Shown here: piece after piece, positions 31,177 to 41,174 of the stretch
How the letters are laid out: every line of letters starts with the position of its first letter
Position numbering within the stretch: the first letter of the stretch is position 1
NCBI GenBank assembly: GCA_021836035.1
Contig: JAKBJL010000004.1
Location: 67,841 to 131,840, forward strand
From: a bacterium
GTDB lineage: Bacteria; Patescibacteriota; Microgenomatia; JAMCZE01
Reading direction: 5' to 3'
Length of the DNA stretch: 64,000 bases
Translations under genes and position numbers: made by a program
The notes under the pieces: generated by a model
What the model was told of the DNA's origin: nothing
The model's input: only the letters and a program-made list of their open reading frames with translations
Databases searched by the model: none

Positions 31177-31250
31177 TGGAGCGGGATACGGGAGTTGAAC
31201 CCGTTTTTATACCTTGGAAGGGTATCGTTGGGCCGATCAACTAATCCCGC
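31177..31250 (-). tRNA. tRNA-Gly(TCC)
   Basis: GCGGGAT...ATCCCGC-TCCA; anticodon arm ATACC-CTTCCAA-GGTAT; unusual D arm. Confidence 0.88.
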
Positions 31251-31558
31251 GCTGCTGGTAATTATAACAACTGCCCTAATCAAGGTAAAGTTAATATAGC
31301 CAATATACTACCTCTTTACTAAATAAATATAATATCCCGAAAAATGGTAGCTATTATTATGAGATAAGAAAGAAAATCTGCTAACAATTCCCCCCCTTGC
31401 TCCGTGTGCAGACCCTTTATTCCCTGCTGGAAAATGTTTCCGCTGTTTCTTCAAAACATGGCACTCGCATCGAAAGATCGACTGGATCAACGAGATCAAA
31501 TAACCAGAACTAACTACCAGGAAACGCAGGGGTTTTTATCAGACAGATCTGCTAGCGC

Positions 31559-32050
31559 CTAAAGGTACGCATTATAAAGGGCCCCGAATTTAACCATTTG
31601 TTTATCGGATATTGCTGCCATAAAGATTTGTACGGCTGTAATGTTGTCGCAAGGCAGGTTTTGGATTAATGACTCAATCTGACTATCTTCTACAAGCTCG
31701 GAGTAGTAAATCTGGCCCATTTCCTGCTCTTTTTCAGTGGCAATAACTTTCCGGTTAGTTTGGACGCCGGCTTTTGTGATAGGTCTCGGGGTCTCTTTTT
31801 GTTTAACATAAGAAACAATTTCGTTCGGGTCCAGTTGGTACTTCTCTAAAAGTAGGTAGATATTATAAAAGTCATGGTAACGAACCCGATCGCTAATGGC
31901 TCGGATTTTCTCGGCACAGATTTCTTTGATATCCATGACGGCAGCTGAAAAATCCACACCCCAGACGTTGTGGTAAGCAAGGGTGTGGGCCGGGAAAAGG
32001 ATATTTTGCAAGAAATCAATTTCAACTTTCAGTGAGCCTGGCTGAATCAA
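31559..32050 (-). pseudogene. AbiEii-like nucleotidyltransferase toxin, C-terminal fragment
   Basis: LKVEID...EICAEKIRAISDRVRYHDFYNIY matches the AbiEii EK..A...R...RD.YD motif; the N-terminal GGT motif is absent. Confidence 0.65.
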
Positions 32051-32119
32051 TAGCCCTGTATAAGTTAATTCTTACGCGGCATTGTTTACTTTATTACCCT
32101 TAGGCTTTTAAATATTTCT

Positions 32120-32863
32120 ATGAGAACTTGGGCTTTGATTACGGCTTTAATTTTAACGATAAATATTTTCTGGCTATTTCCCGTACCGGTTATGGCGGCT
32201 GGGGGAATACCGGTTTTAATGTACCATTATGTACGTAATTTTACTTATCCCGGAGATCCGGAAGGACATGTACTTTCCGTCTCTCCTGCTAATTTTGACG
32301 CGCAGATGGCTTATCTTTCTTCTCACGGCTATACCCCCATCAGTCTGGATACGGCTTATGCCATAGAAACAGGAGCCTCTCCCTCCCCCGGTAAACCAGT
32401 AGTTTTAACTTTCGATGACGGCACGATCGACTTTTATGCTAACGCTTATCCGATCTTAAAATAATACGGTTTCCGGGCAAACTCTTTCGTTATTACCGGC
32501 TTTGTTGGCGGACCCGCCTTTCTTTCTTGGAATAATATTCATGAGATGGAAAATTCCGGTTTAATTTCTTTTGAAGACCACACCATTAATCACCGTGCTC
32601 TAACCGGACTTTCCTTCGCGACTACTATGTTGGAGCTTAGTAATAGCAAAAAGATGCTAGAGGCTGAGACCGGCAGAACAGTTAATTTTATTGCATACCC
32701 AGACGGCGCTTCTAATTTACGGGTGCAAACCGAAGCTTGGGAAACTGGGTTTGTTTCCGGCTTCGGTACCTGGGGCGGGAAAATGTTTGGACCCGGCATG
32801 AACTTGCCTCGGGTGAGGGTTTACGGCAGTGAATCTTTAGCCGTTTTTGCTTCCCGTCTCTAG
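32120..32863 (+). pseudogene. Polysaccharide deacetylase (CE4) interrupted by an in-frame TAA
   Basis: PVLMYH, LTFDDG, HTINH, AYPDG, LPRVRV all lie in one frame; stop at 32462-32464 (LK*YGF). Confidence 0.85.
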
Positions 32864-33042
32864 ATACAGCGTAAAATAATTTTACTGTGCTGAGAGTGTG
32901 AGTTGCACACACATCTGAGCTTTTTCAGAGCCCCGCCGTGACTACCTTGGCTATCTCAGCAAATTCGTTTTCGTTCCCCAACCTTACTTGGAACCTCGTT
33001 TGCTAACTTGGTAGATTATATTATTTTAACAAATTATTTTTG

Positions 33043-33114
33043 TGGGCACTAAGGGATTCGAACCCCTGACAGCTGCGATGTAAACGCAGTGCTCTACCGC
33101 TGAGCTAAGTGCCC
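33043..33114 (-). tRNA. tRNA-Val(TAC)
   Basis: Anticodon arm CTGCG-TTTACAT-CGCAG. Confidence 0.95.
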
Positions 33115-33118
33115 CCTG

Positions 33119-33201
33119 TGCTCTCGCCGGGACTTGAACCCGGACGCCCTTACGGGCATAGCTCCTCAAGCTATCGCGTATGCCAATTCCGCCACGAGAG
33201 C
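33119..33201 (-). tRNA. tRNA-Leu(GAG)
   Basis: Anticodon arm ATAGC-TTGAGGA-GCTAT; long variable arm. Confidence 0.95.
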
Positions 33202-33403
33202 ATTCCTACTCATTTCTCGCTCAATGCTACAGCCCATTGGTTATGAATACATTTTGGTGGACTTGGAGCGACTAATGTTGAACTGCTCCAAGAACTAGCT
33301 GATTCGATAACAGCTTACTGGGATTGTAACACTTTCGATCCTAAGATTCTCACCGATAGCTACGCCGGCACAGTGGGTCGACAGCTATTGTATAATCAAC
33401 TTT

Positions 33404-33685
33404 ATGAGTATTAGCCCGCAGCCGTCACCAGCAAATAATCAACCTGTACAGGCTCCAATCAACGCAACACCTGCATCAAGCGTACCCAGCAACCCTCCGG
33501 TTTCATGTAACGCTGCCACCGGCGAACCAATTGTTGAGATGACGAATGTCCTTCATTCAATCGACCTTAAGAGTCCAGACGCAAAGCTTAATGCTACGAG
33601 TATTGTCGGAGCGGACGGCAAACGAATCAAGCTTAATCAAGACCTCACAAACGCCAACGACTTCGAGAAAACTATTAAGAAGTAG
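33404..33685 (+). CDS. Hypothetical protein (Pro-rich N-terminus)
   Basis: 93-aa ORF, 7 nt after TATAAT. Confidence 0.55.
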   Translation: MSISPQPSPANNQPVQAPINATPASSVPSNPPVSCNAATGEPIVEMTNVLHSIDLKSPDAKLNATSIVGADGKRIKLNQDLTNANDFEKTIKK

Positions 33686-33764
33686 ATCATTGAACTTCTA
33701 GCTACAATCACTCCTGCGTAAAGTTTGACAAACTTCAGTTAAAATAGATTTAGGAGGTCAAACT

Positions 33765-34163
33765 ATGGCAGACGAAACTAACGAAACAAGTCTTCTCAAC
33801 GAACTCAACGACTCAAAGTCGCCAGAGCTGGTCAATCTAGTTACCGGTGATCCTGAAGTACCGATCTTTTTTGCTAAGTGGCTTGAAAGCGGTTGTAACG
33901 CCACCGCTGCTTATAAAGCACTTCACCCAAATGTCGCTGATGCTTCGGCCAGAGTGTTGGGCTGCAAGAAATTAACATTGATTAACAAACCGGCAATTCT
34001 GGCTGCCTATGGGCTTGAGTTTGACACTTTCTTCGACCAGCTTAAGAGTGGTTTGCAAGCAGAGAAGTTTAATGAGTTCTCCGGCGAGAAAGTTGCCGAC
34101 CACAAGATCCGACTTGAATACCTCCGGCTGCTCGGTAGACTTCTTGGCATTATTCAGGAGTAA
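33765..34163 (+). CDS. Phage terminase small subunit-like HTH protein
   Basis: FFAKWLESGCNATAAYKAL...SARVLGCKKL matches the TerS N-terminal HTH; AGGAGG RBS. Confidence 0.6.
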   Translation: MADETNETSLLNELNDSKSPELVNLVTGDPEVPIFFAKWLESGCNATAAYKALHPNVADASARVLGCKKLTLINKPAILAAYGLEFDTFFDQLKSGLQAEKFNEFSGEKVADHKIRLEYLRLLGRLLGIIQE

Positions 34164-34220
34164 ATCACACCCAAAGTTTCTAATATATTAGAGTCTTTGA
34201 TATAATCGCCTCATTAAAGG

Positions 34221-34301
34221 TTGATACGGCGGGCCAACCCAAGTAAGATAATGCTCAAACCGTCCGTTGGCCGTATCCTCGGACGGTTTCGATTGGAGGT
34301 G
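34221..34301 (+). promoter_or_regulatory. Sigma70-like promoter, 5' hairpin and strong RBS (element 1)
   Basis: TTGATA-17nt-TAAGAT; hairpin AAACCGTCC-15nt-GGACGGTTT; GGAGGTG. Confidence 0.65.
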
Positions 34302-34310
34302 AATTGATTT

Positions 34311-34601
34311 ATGGCAGCAACTCAAGAACAAGAAAAAGGCAAAGAAAAAGGCGGTACCGAAGTTGGTACAGTCTACCAAGCCACTTTAGGGCATTGGCAC
34401 ATGGGTGTGTGGACAACGGCAGAGGAGGCTGAAGATGAAATCAAGGCTTTCAAACCAGACGCTACACCCTTTCAAGGTCTGCCAACGAATATCGGTGAAG
34501 TGCCTGAAGGGCAATACTACATTCAACCTCGGACACTTTTTACAAAAGACCAAGCCAGAGCAGGAGAGCTAAAAGGCAAATTGGGTAAAACAGGTAAATA
34601 G
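34311..34601 (+). CDS. Hypothetical protein
   Basis: 96 aa with a strong RBS, followed by a terminator. Confidence 0.7.
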   Translation: MAATQEQEKGKEKGGTEVGTVYQATLGHWHMGVWTTAEEAEDEIKAFKPDATPFQGLPTNIGEVPEGQYYIQPRTLFTKDQARAGELKGKLGKTGK

Positions 34602-34628
34602 GCAATTCTTGCGCAAGGATTGTTGAAG

Positions 34629-34655
34629 TGGCAGGGACAACACCCTGCCATTTTT
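34629..34655 (+). terminator. Intrinsic terminator
   Basis: TGGCAGGG-acaaca-CCCTGCCA-TTTTT. Confidence 0.75.
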
Positions 34656-34673
34656 GTGGTCTATAATGGATCA

Positions 34674-36200
34674 ATGGATACGGCCGAGAAACTTGACATT
34701 ACGAAACTTCGGTATGTTTTGTATGCCCGCAAGTCCACCGACGACCCTAAGAAGCAGGTGCGCTCCATTGAAGACCAGATAGCCGAATGTCGACTGTTCG
34801 CTGCTCGTAATGTGCTCACAATAGTCGGCGATCCGATAATCGAGAAGAAGTCGGCCAAAATACCCGACCAGCGTCCTGCCTTCAAGCAAATCCTTGATGA
34901 CATCCGAGATGGTAAGTATGACGGTATCCTGTCATGGCACCCTGACCGGTTGGCAAGAAACATGAAGGAGGCCGGCGTGATAATAGAAATGCTTGATGAG
35001 GGCGTCATAAAAGACTTAAAGTTCGCTACCCATTACTTCTCAAACGACCCAAGTGGCAAGCTCCTACTTGGCATCCTGTTCACACTATCAAAACATTACT
35101 CTGACAAGCTTTCGGTCGATGCCACCCGTGGGACTAGGAGCAGACTTGCAGAAGGCAAGACGGCCACGCCGAAATACGGATACATTAACGAAGAAGGCAT
35201 TTACAGGCCAGACCCTGAAAACTTCGATTTGATGTGCCAGGCATGGATGATGAGGCGAGACGGTGTCTCGATTGAGGACATCTGCAAATTTCTTAATGAA
35301 AAAGGCTTCTACCGAATGGTCAAGTCCTCCGGCAAGAAACTCTTTGCGACTAAACAGAAACTCAGCGATATATTTCGTGATCCGTTTTACTACGGACTAT
35401 TAATACAGGCTAGTCAATCGGTCGACCTCCGGCAAATGTATAACTTTCAACCGGCTGTCAGTGAAGAAGACTACAACCTGGTACACAACTCACATATCGA
35501 AGATTTAAGCCAGGTAAGGCCCACGGTACCGCCCCCTACCCACTCCGGATCATGGTCTTCTGCTCTTTTTGCAATCGCTCAATGCGAGTCGGCCCATCAA
35601 GAAGCAGTAAGGGTAAACAGTACCTGTACTTCAGGTGCGACAACGAAGAATGTGTCCGCCAGAAACGAAGTATCCGGTCAAAGGTCATCTTTGACTTCGT
35701 GTACGAGTTCCTAACCGGTGGCTCAACTTTACGGAGAAGGAGTACCACAACTACTATGACAAGCTTGTTGAGCTTTCAGACGTTAAACGGGAGACACTCA
35801 AGATCGAACTTCACAGCAAACAGGCAGCACTAAATAGAATCAAAACAGAAATCAATGAGCTGTCAAACGGACTCTTGAAAGCTGGGGTTAGTACCATAGT
35901 CAAAGAAGAAGGTGAGGCAAGTATCGCAAGGCTAGAGCCACAACAGTTTGAGTTACAAGAAGAAATTAACCAAATCAAGGCTAAACTCCCTGATCCTGAC
36001 AAGACCAAATTAAGCTTAGAACAATTCTTGAACCCGTCAATGAACGCAGCACCAAGGCTCAAAGCCGGTAACGCCATCGCCAAAGACGCAATTTGTCGTT
36101 TAGTGTTCTTGAACTTAACAGTTAATGAGGAGAATGTATTGTCCTATTAACTCAAGGAGCCATTCGCTACCTTGCTAAAACAACGCCAAATCCTATCTAG
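34674..36200 (+). pseudogene. Large serine recombinase (frameshifted)
   Basis: YARKSTDD catalytic motif, WHPDRLARN, recombinase domain, CSFC...YFRC zinc ribbon and coiled coil, spread over several frames with a TAA at 36148. Confidence 0.85.
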
Positions 36201-37151
36201 TGGGCGGTTTGAAAAACCGCTTGAACTGGTTAATTATATCATTGCCAACCTGGACCTGCTGAATGAAACTAAGGACAAGTTGGACGATTGCTTAGCCCCA
36301 AGTGAGCCAGCCGGTAGACAAATCGAAAATTTATTGCTATAACACGCTTGTCACAACCAAAATCAATATGGCTGATAATTTGACTGACCTGGTTGATCTT
36401 CTGCTGAAGAATCAGCGCACGATAACAACTACTTCTGGTGAGAATGGACGCGGTGATTCAGACAGCGGATACAATCTTTCTGACGGACAAGGTGTGACCG
36501 CGGGCGGCGTTATTGTTGACCTTCGGCCTGATATTGCCGGTGAGCTGGATAATATATACTCGTCCACTATTAAACTATCTGGTTATCCTCTTACTTTAAC
36601 CACTTCTGCTTCTATCTAAAATTATCCGAAACCATTAACTTATAGTAACCAATCCACGCTCGAAGTTGTTTTTTGTTGGTTCAGCTACGCTCGAAAGTAC
36701 GTCGCTTAATAAACGATTTGCGACGTGGACCGTCAAACTGGGCTGATTCTTAATTGTCACGCCGGCGTTACAATTGCACATATCCGTGGCTTTACCTGGT
36801 AGCTTGTGGTGTCACCGCGTCAAGTGAAGCGAGATAATCCCGGTAATCAAATGCTTGACGATTCTTACTCATATTTGCGAGATAATAAATTTTGATAATT
36901 CGTGCTTAAAAACGAATTGAGAAGTAATAGGATATTACTACTTTACTATCAGTTTTATACATTAAAACCTAAGGCAATTCTTCTTTATGCAGCTTTTTCT
37001 TTAAAAATTGACGCCCGGTTGAGAAATCTACTTGGGGTTGGCTGCTGGCTTACCGACCGCAGTTTTTATGCGGCAAAAAATTAGACCAAAAGTCGCGGTG
37101 TACACAATTTGCTTTTAGGGGGTACTAGCGATAAAATCTGACTATCATAAG

Positions 37152-37233
37152 TTGATATGGCCAACCTGGGTTTGCTAAGATAATCTCAAACCGTCCCGCG
37201 GCCATATCGCTGGGCGGTTTTTGTTTGGGGGTG
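37152..37233 (+). promoter_or_regulatory. Sigma70-like promoter, 5' hairpin and RBS (element 2)
   Basis: TTGATA-18nt-TAAGAT; AAACCGTCC-15nt-GGGCGGTTT; GGGGGTG. Confidence 0.65.
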
Positions 37234-37239
37234 AGAATT

Positions 37240-37557
37240 ATGGCAGAAAAAATGAGAGTATTTAAGACTGCAGTGCAAGACGTTCTCAATTCAGAAGACG
37301 CTGTACGAGCAGCTATTGAATCTGGGTTACCCCCAGAGGCTTTTGAATCCTTTTCAACGGTTGCTGAATCAACAATCGCTTCTTTCTGTAAGGGGTGTGA
37401 TAATTCAGGTGGCGAATCTAAACCTTGTAAGCTCGTTGGACCGGACGATCAGGCAAGATATGCGATTAGAAATTGGTGTGGTTATGCTGCGGTAAGTGGC
37501 GAGAGAGGTGAAATGACCGCCAAAGGATTTAATCGCTGGGACGCAAAGAAAAGTTAA
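37240..37557 (+). CDS. Small Cys-containing hypothetical protein
   Basis: MAEKMRVF...FCKGC...PC...WC; RBS upstream and terminator downstream. Confidence 0.65.
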   Translation: MAEKMRVFKTAVQDVLNSEDAVRAAIESGLPPEAFESFSTVAESTIASFCKGCDNSGGESKPCKLVGPDDQARYAIRNWCGYAAVSGERGEMTAKGFNRWDAKKS

Positions 37558-37582
37558 TAGTCTTTATAAAAAAGAGTATAAG

Positions 37583-37610
37583 TTGGCGGGTTTAATCAAC
37601 CGCCAATTTT
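37583..37610 (+). terminator. Intrinsic terminator
   Basis: TTGGCGG...CCGCCAA-TTTT. Confidence 0.7.
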
Positions 37611-37664
37611 GTTGGTCGAGAATAGCCCGTCGGCACACTAAAATGGCTAAAGTAAGCTATCGAT

Positions 37665-39334
37665 ATGGCCAACAGCACTCTTTCACCGCAAGACTTGGCT
37701 AAACCTCTTCAGAGTATTCGGTCTTAGCCCGAAGAAAAAGATCCCTCGCAATATCGCTATGTCTTTTACGTTCGAAAATCGACCGACGAAGACGATAACC
37801 AAGTTCGATCATTACCGGATCAGATTGTTGAATGTCAAAAGTTTGCCGAGGATAATGGGATAAATTACGACCGGGACAATATAATCCGAGAATCCTGCTC
37901 GGCAAAAGATAGCGGTATTCGTCCTCTTTTTAACAAAATGCTTGAGGATATCCGCCGAGGTAAATACGACGGTATCTTAGCTTGGCACCCGGACAGATTG
38001 GCTCGAAATATGAAAGGGGGCGGCGAGATAATCGATCTGCTGGACAAAGAGATTATCAAAGACCTCAAATTTAAGAGCTTTACTTTTACCAACGATCCTT
38101 CGGGTAAAATGCTGCTTGGGATACCTTCGTTTTGTCCAAAGAGTATTCTGACGCCCTTAGTGAGAATGTAAAGCGGGGTATCCGACGGTCACTTGAAGAA
38201 GGTAAATACGTTGGTAAGAGAAAACACGGCTATTACAAGGATAAAAATCAAATGCTTCGTCCGGATAACGCCGCTAGCTCACCCAACTTTGAATTATTGA
38301 CCAAAGCTTGGGCAATGAGACTTGAAAACAAAACCCTAGTCGAAATTGCCAATTATCTGAACGCAAATGGTTATTCGGTGCCTTTGGACAATATTGGCCG
38401 CAAGCACGAACTATTCAAAATGACGCTAAAAATCTTGTCAGAGATATTTCGGGACCCGCTGTATGCCGGGGTGCTAGTTTACGGCGAAGAGAACAAGCCG
38501 GTGGCTTTACCAGACGCTTATGACTTTATCCGTATGATTTCGGTTGACGATTTCTTACGGGTTAACCATATCGACAATCTAACCCAGATCGTCAGGCAAC
38601 GTTTCAGGGGTGCTCAACCGGGATCGAGAAAGGCAGAACTTATGAATGGATTAGTGCTTTGTCCGAAATGTGGCGAGGATATGGTAGCCGGGATTACACC
38701 TAAAAAGACTGGCCTGCGGACAATAAATTACTACTATTTCAGGTGCGATACCCCCGATTGCGCTAGACGTGGCAAGTCCGTACGAGCCAAGATCCTGCTT
38801 GATTTTATTTACGATTTTCTTGAAAACCACAAACCGAAGTCTAAAGAAGCTTATGATCGGTATCTGACTGAAATGGATAAGGTGATTAAAGAAAAAGCCA
38901 CTGCCCTCGAGAGCCACAAGAGGCGGTTACTGCTTGATAAATCAGCTTTTGACAAGAAGATTGAACGGTATAAAAACTTTCTTACCAGTCAAAAAGACTT
39001 AGACCAGACCACCAAAAAATCATTTCTGGATAGTCTTGAAAGTGCTACAGCAGCTCGTGGGCAGGTTGTCGAGTCGTTGGACGAGATAAATACTGCGATT
39101 GCTAACCAAAACCAGTCAGTTTTGTCTTATCAGAAGTTTATTGAACTATTTGACAATCTGCCTGTTATCTTGCGCCAAACCAAGGTTTTGAAAGAGAAAG
39201 ACGACATAATCAGAAAAATCTTCTTGAACCTCACTTCTGACGAGAAGAAAGTATTGTCCTATCAATTAAATCCACCTTTCGACACCTTGCTCGAAGAAGG
39301 TAGTTTTTCGAATGGTGGGCTGAAGAGGACTTGA
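37665..39334 (+). pseudogene. Large serine recombinase (early TAG plus one frameshift)
   Basis: MANSTLS...RS*PEEKDPSQYRYVFYVRKSTDED, WHPDRLARN, frameshift near 38125, CPKC...YFRC zinc ribbon. Confidence 0.85.
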
Positions 39335-39399
39335 ACCTCCACCGGATTGCTCCGATACGCTCCTGAAGCGTACGCGTATACCAATTCCGCCATCAGCCC
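39313..39399 (-). tRNA. tRNA-Leu(CAG)
   Basis: Anticodon arm TACGC-TTCAGGA-GCGTA; encoded CCA. Confidence 0.95.
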
Positions 39400-39739
39400 G
39401 TTCCCACGCAAAATTATACCATTTTAGATATAATTAAAACCAGAAAAATATAGTGCACGGCCGCCTGCTCACCGTGCAAGTCAGCTGGCTGGCGTTACGG
39501 GCAGGTCAAAGATTTTGGGTTTTATAAAAAGTCAAAAATATCGGTAAACTATATCTGGGCAAATGAACGATCTGGGGTCTAGAATAAACGAGCATAACAT
39601 GGGGAAGGTATAATCAACGAAAAACAAGGATACCGTTAATTTTTGTTTATTATGAAGCTAGTTTAAATAGAGATAAAGCGTAAAAAGAGAGAAATATTCC
39701 AAAACTGGTTTCGGTAGAAATTTTAAATTAAGAACATAT

Positions 39740-39810
39740 TGCCCGGTCGTCTAACGGTAGGACAAAGGACTTTGGATCCTTGAATCATGGTTCGAATCCA
39801 TGCTGGGCAG
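39740..39810 (+). tRNA. tRNA-Gln(TTG)
   Basis: TGCCCGG...CTGGGCA acceptor stem; anticodon arm AAGGA-CTTTGGA-TCCTT. Confidence 0.95.
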
Positions 39811-39918
39811 CAAATTAGTTTGGCTTCATATTTTCCTCAATGCGGATTTCGAATCGAACCTTTGGATTGTTTTATATAAGTCAGTGGTATGAAGCATAGT
39901 TACATTTACCTTTGGTGG

Positions 39919-40770
39919 TTATTTATAGTCGTTTAGAGCAAAACTAACCCGATACAGTTTTGCCGCAACCTTTTGGTTAATCTGCCGGATGGCATATTCC
40001 AATTTTTTATCCTTCTCCCGGACCACAATCAAAGCTCTAACCTTTTTTCCTTTCGCTAAATTGTCTTCTACCCAAGTGATATACCGGAGCACCTGCCCAA
40101 CAACTTCATCATTCTTCCTTCCTTTCTTAAGTTCTAGGATTACGAAGTTTTTATCCTGATCTGTGGCTAGTATATCAATATAACCCGCATCACCAGCTAA
40201 ATATTGCTAACCAACATTTCCATTTTCATCCTGAAATATCTCCAATTTTTCTCCAAAATCAATTTTTGCCCAATTATCAACAATAAATTCTTCCAGGTAT
40301 TTTTCCAAAGCGAACTCCATTTCTTCCGGCTTAGTAACCGGGCCTTGTTCGCTAACCTGTGCCCCCAATATCGTTAGGAAATCTTTCTCCGAAATTTTGC
40401 TTGAACCACCCTGAGCTGGTCGCCATTCTAAATTTGCAAACTCCTTTCTCGGTTTAGGTTCTGAAAAGACCACTACATCTTCCAAATCAATACGTAAGGT
40501 CTCTGGATCGAGGAACCAATCTTTTGACTCCCCGGACTTATCTTCGTAAGGAGTGGATTTAAGAGTTGCCGCTCCCACAAACACCTGGTTGTCTGGTCCT
40601 GTTAAATAAAATACCACCTTATCCCCAGGTTGAATCGCTTTTCTGTTTGGGGTATTAAAACCAAATCCCCATACAGATTTACCCCGGACCAGGAAATCGA
40701 AAACTTCTTGAGCGATTCTTTGTTTACCGTATTTTGATTGGTCGGCTACCTGAAAAACGTAATAGTTCAT
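39919..40770 (-). pseudogene. EVE-domain plus NucS-like PD-(D/E)XK endonuclease, interrupted by TAG
   Basis: EVE-like WGF...IQPGDKVVFY; past the TAG at 40207-40209 the same frame reads QYLAGDAGYIDILATD...ILELKK...VVGQVLRYI. Confidence 0.8.
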
Positions 40771-40832
40771 AATCACTTGTGCTCACATAGATTATAATCC
40801 AGTTTTACTTAATATGTTATATAATTGAAAGT

Positions 40833-41174
40833 ATGTCAGTTGCTCCATTTTCACCAAGTGTAATAAAGGGTAACATGATCTTCACTTCTGGCCAAATTTA
40901 TCTAAAAGATGGAAAGCTTTTAGAAGGAACGATTGAGGAACAAACTCACCAGGTAATGAAAAATCTAAAAGCCGTTTTGGAAAATGCCGGAGTAACCTTT
41001 AATGACGTAGTAAAAACCACGATTTATACGACGGATATGTCTTTATACGGAAAAGTCAATGAAGTTTACGCAACCTACTTTACCGATTCATTCCCCGCTC
41101 GGGAAATGGTTTGTGTCAAAGAATTGCCGCTCGGAGCCCAGCTGGAGATAAGTATGATCGCTGTTAAAAGCTAA
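40833..41174 (+). CDS. RidA/YjgF family enamine deaminase
   Basis: PFS...FTSGQI, VVKTTIY, FPAR, LPLGAQLEI. Confidence 0.92.
   Translation: MSVAPFSPSVIKGNMIFTSGQIYLKDGKLLEGTIEEQTHQVMKNLKAVLENAGVTFNDVVKTTIYTTDMSLYGKVNEVYATYFTDSFPAREMVCVKELPLGAQLEISMIAVKS

Larger units (their letters stand above)
33255..36200 (+). mobile_element. Serine-recombinase integrative element 1 (~2.9 kb)
   Basis: Begins with TGGTGGACT...TTGAAC, which resembles the reverse complement of the tRNA-Leu(CAG) 3' end. Ends where the recombinase frame reaches AGTGGGCGG...TTGAAC. Confidence 0.7.
36201..39312 (+). mobile_element. Serine-recombinase integrative element 2 (~3.1 kb), abutting tRNA-Leu(CAG)
   Basis: Same layout as element 1; its recombinase frame runs into the tRNA reverse complement (FSNGGLKRT*). 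Confidence 0.7.

Noticed and set aside
33255-39312. Intact prophage
   Set aside because: No capsid, portal, large terminase, tail or replication genes, and both recombinases are disrupted.
39454-39507. SRP RNA or HDV-like ribozyme
   Set aside because: It lacks the SRP CAGG...GGAA...AGCAG core and does not fit the HDV P1/P3/P1.1 order; kept only as an unassigned structure.
32462-40209. Stop-codon reassignment suggested by in-frame stops (TAA 32462, TAA 36148, TAG ~37725, TAG 40207)
   Set aside because: The stops are of mixed types and some co-occur with frameshifts. Core genes end normally at TAA and TAG (uvrB TAA; uvrA and lexA TAG), and TGA ends several accessory genes. Pseudogenisation or sequencing error is simpler.
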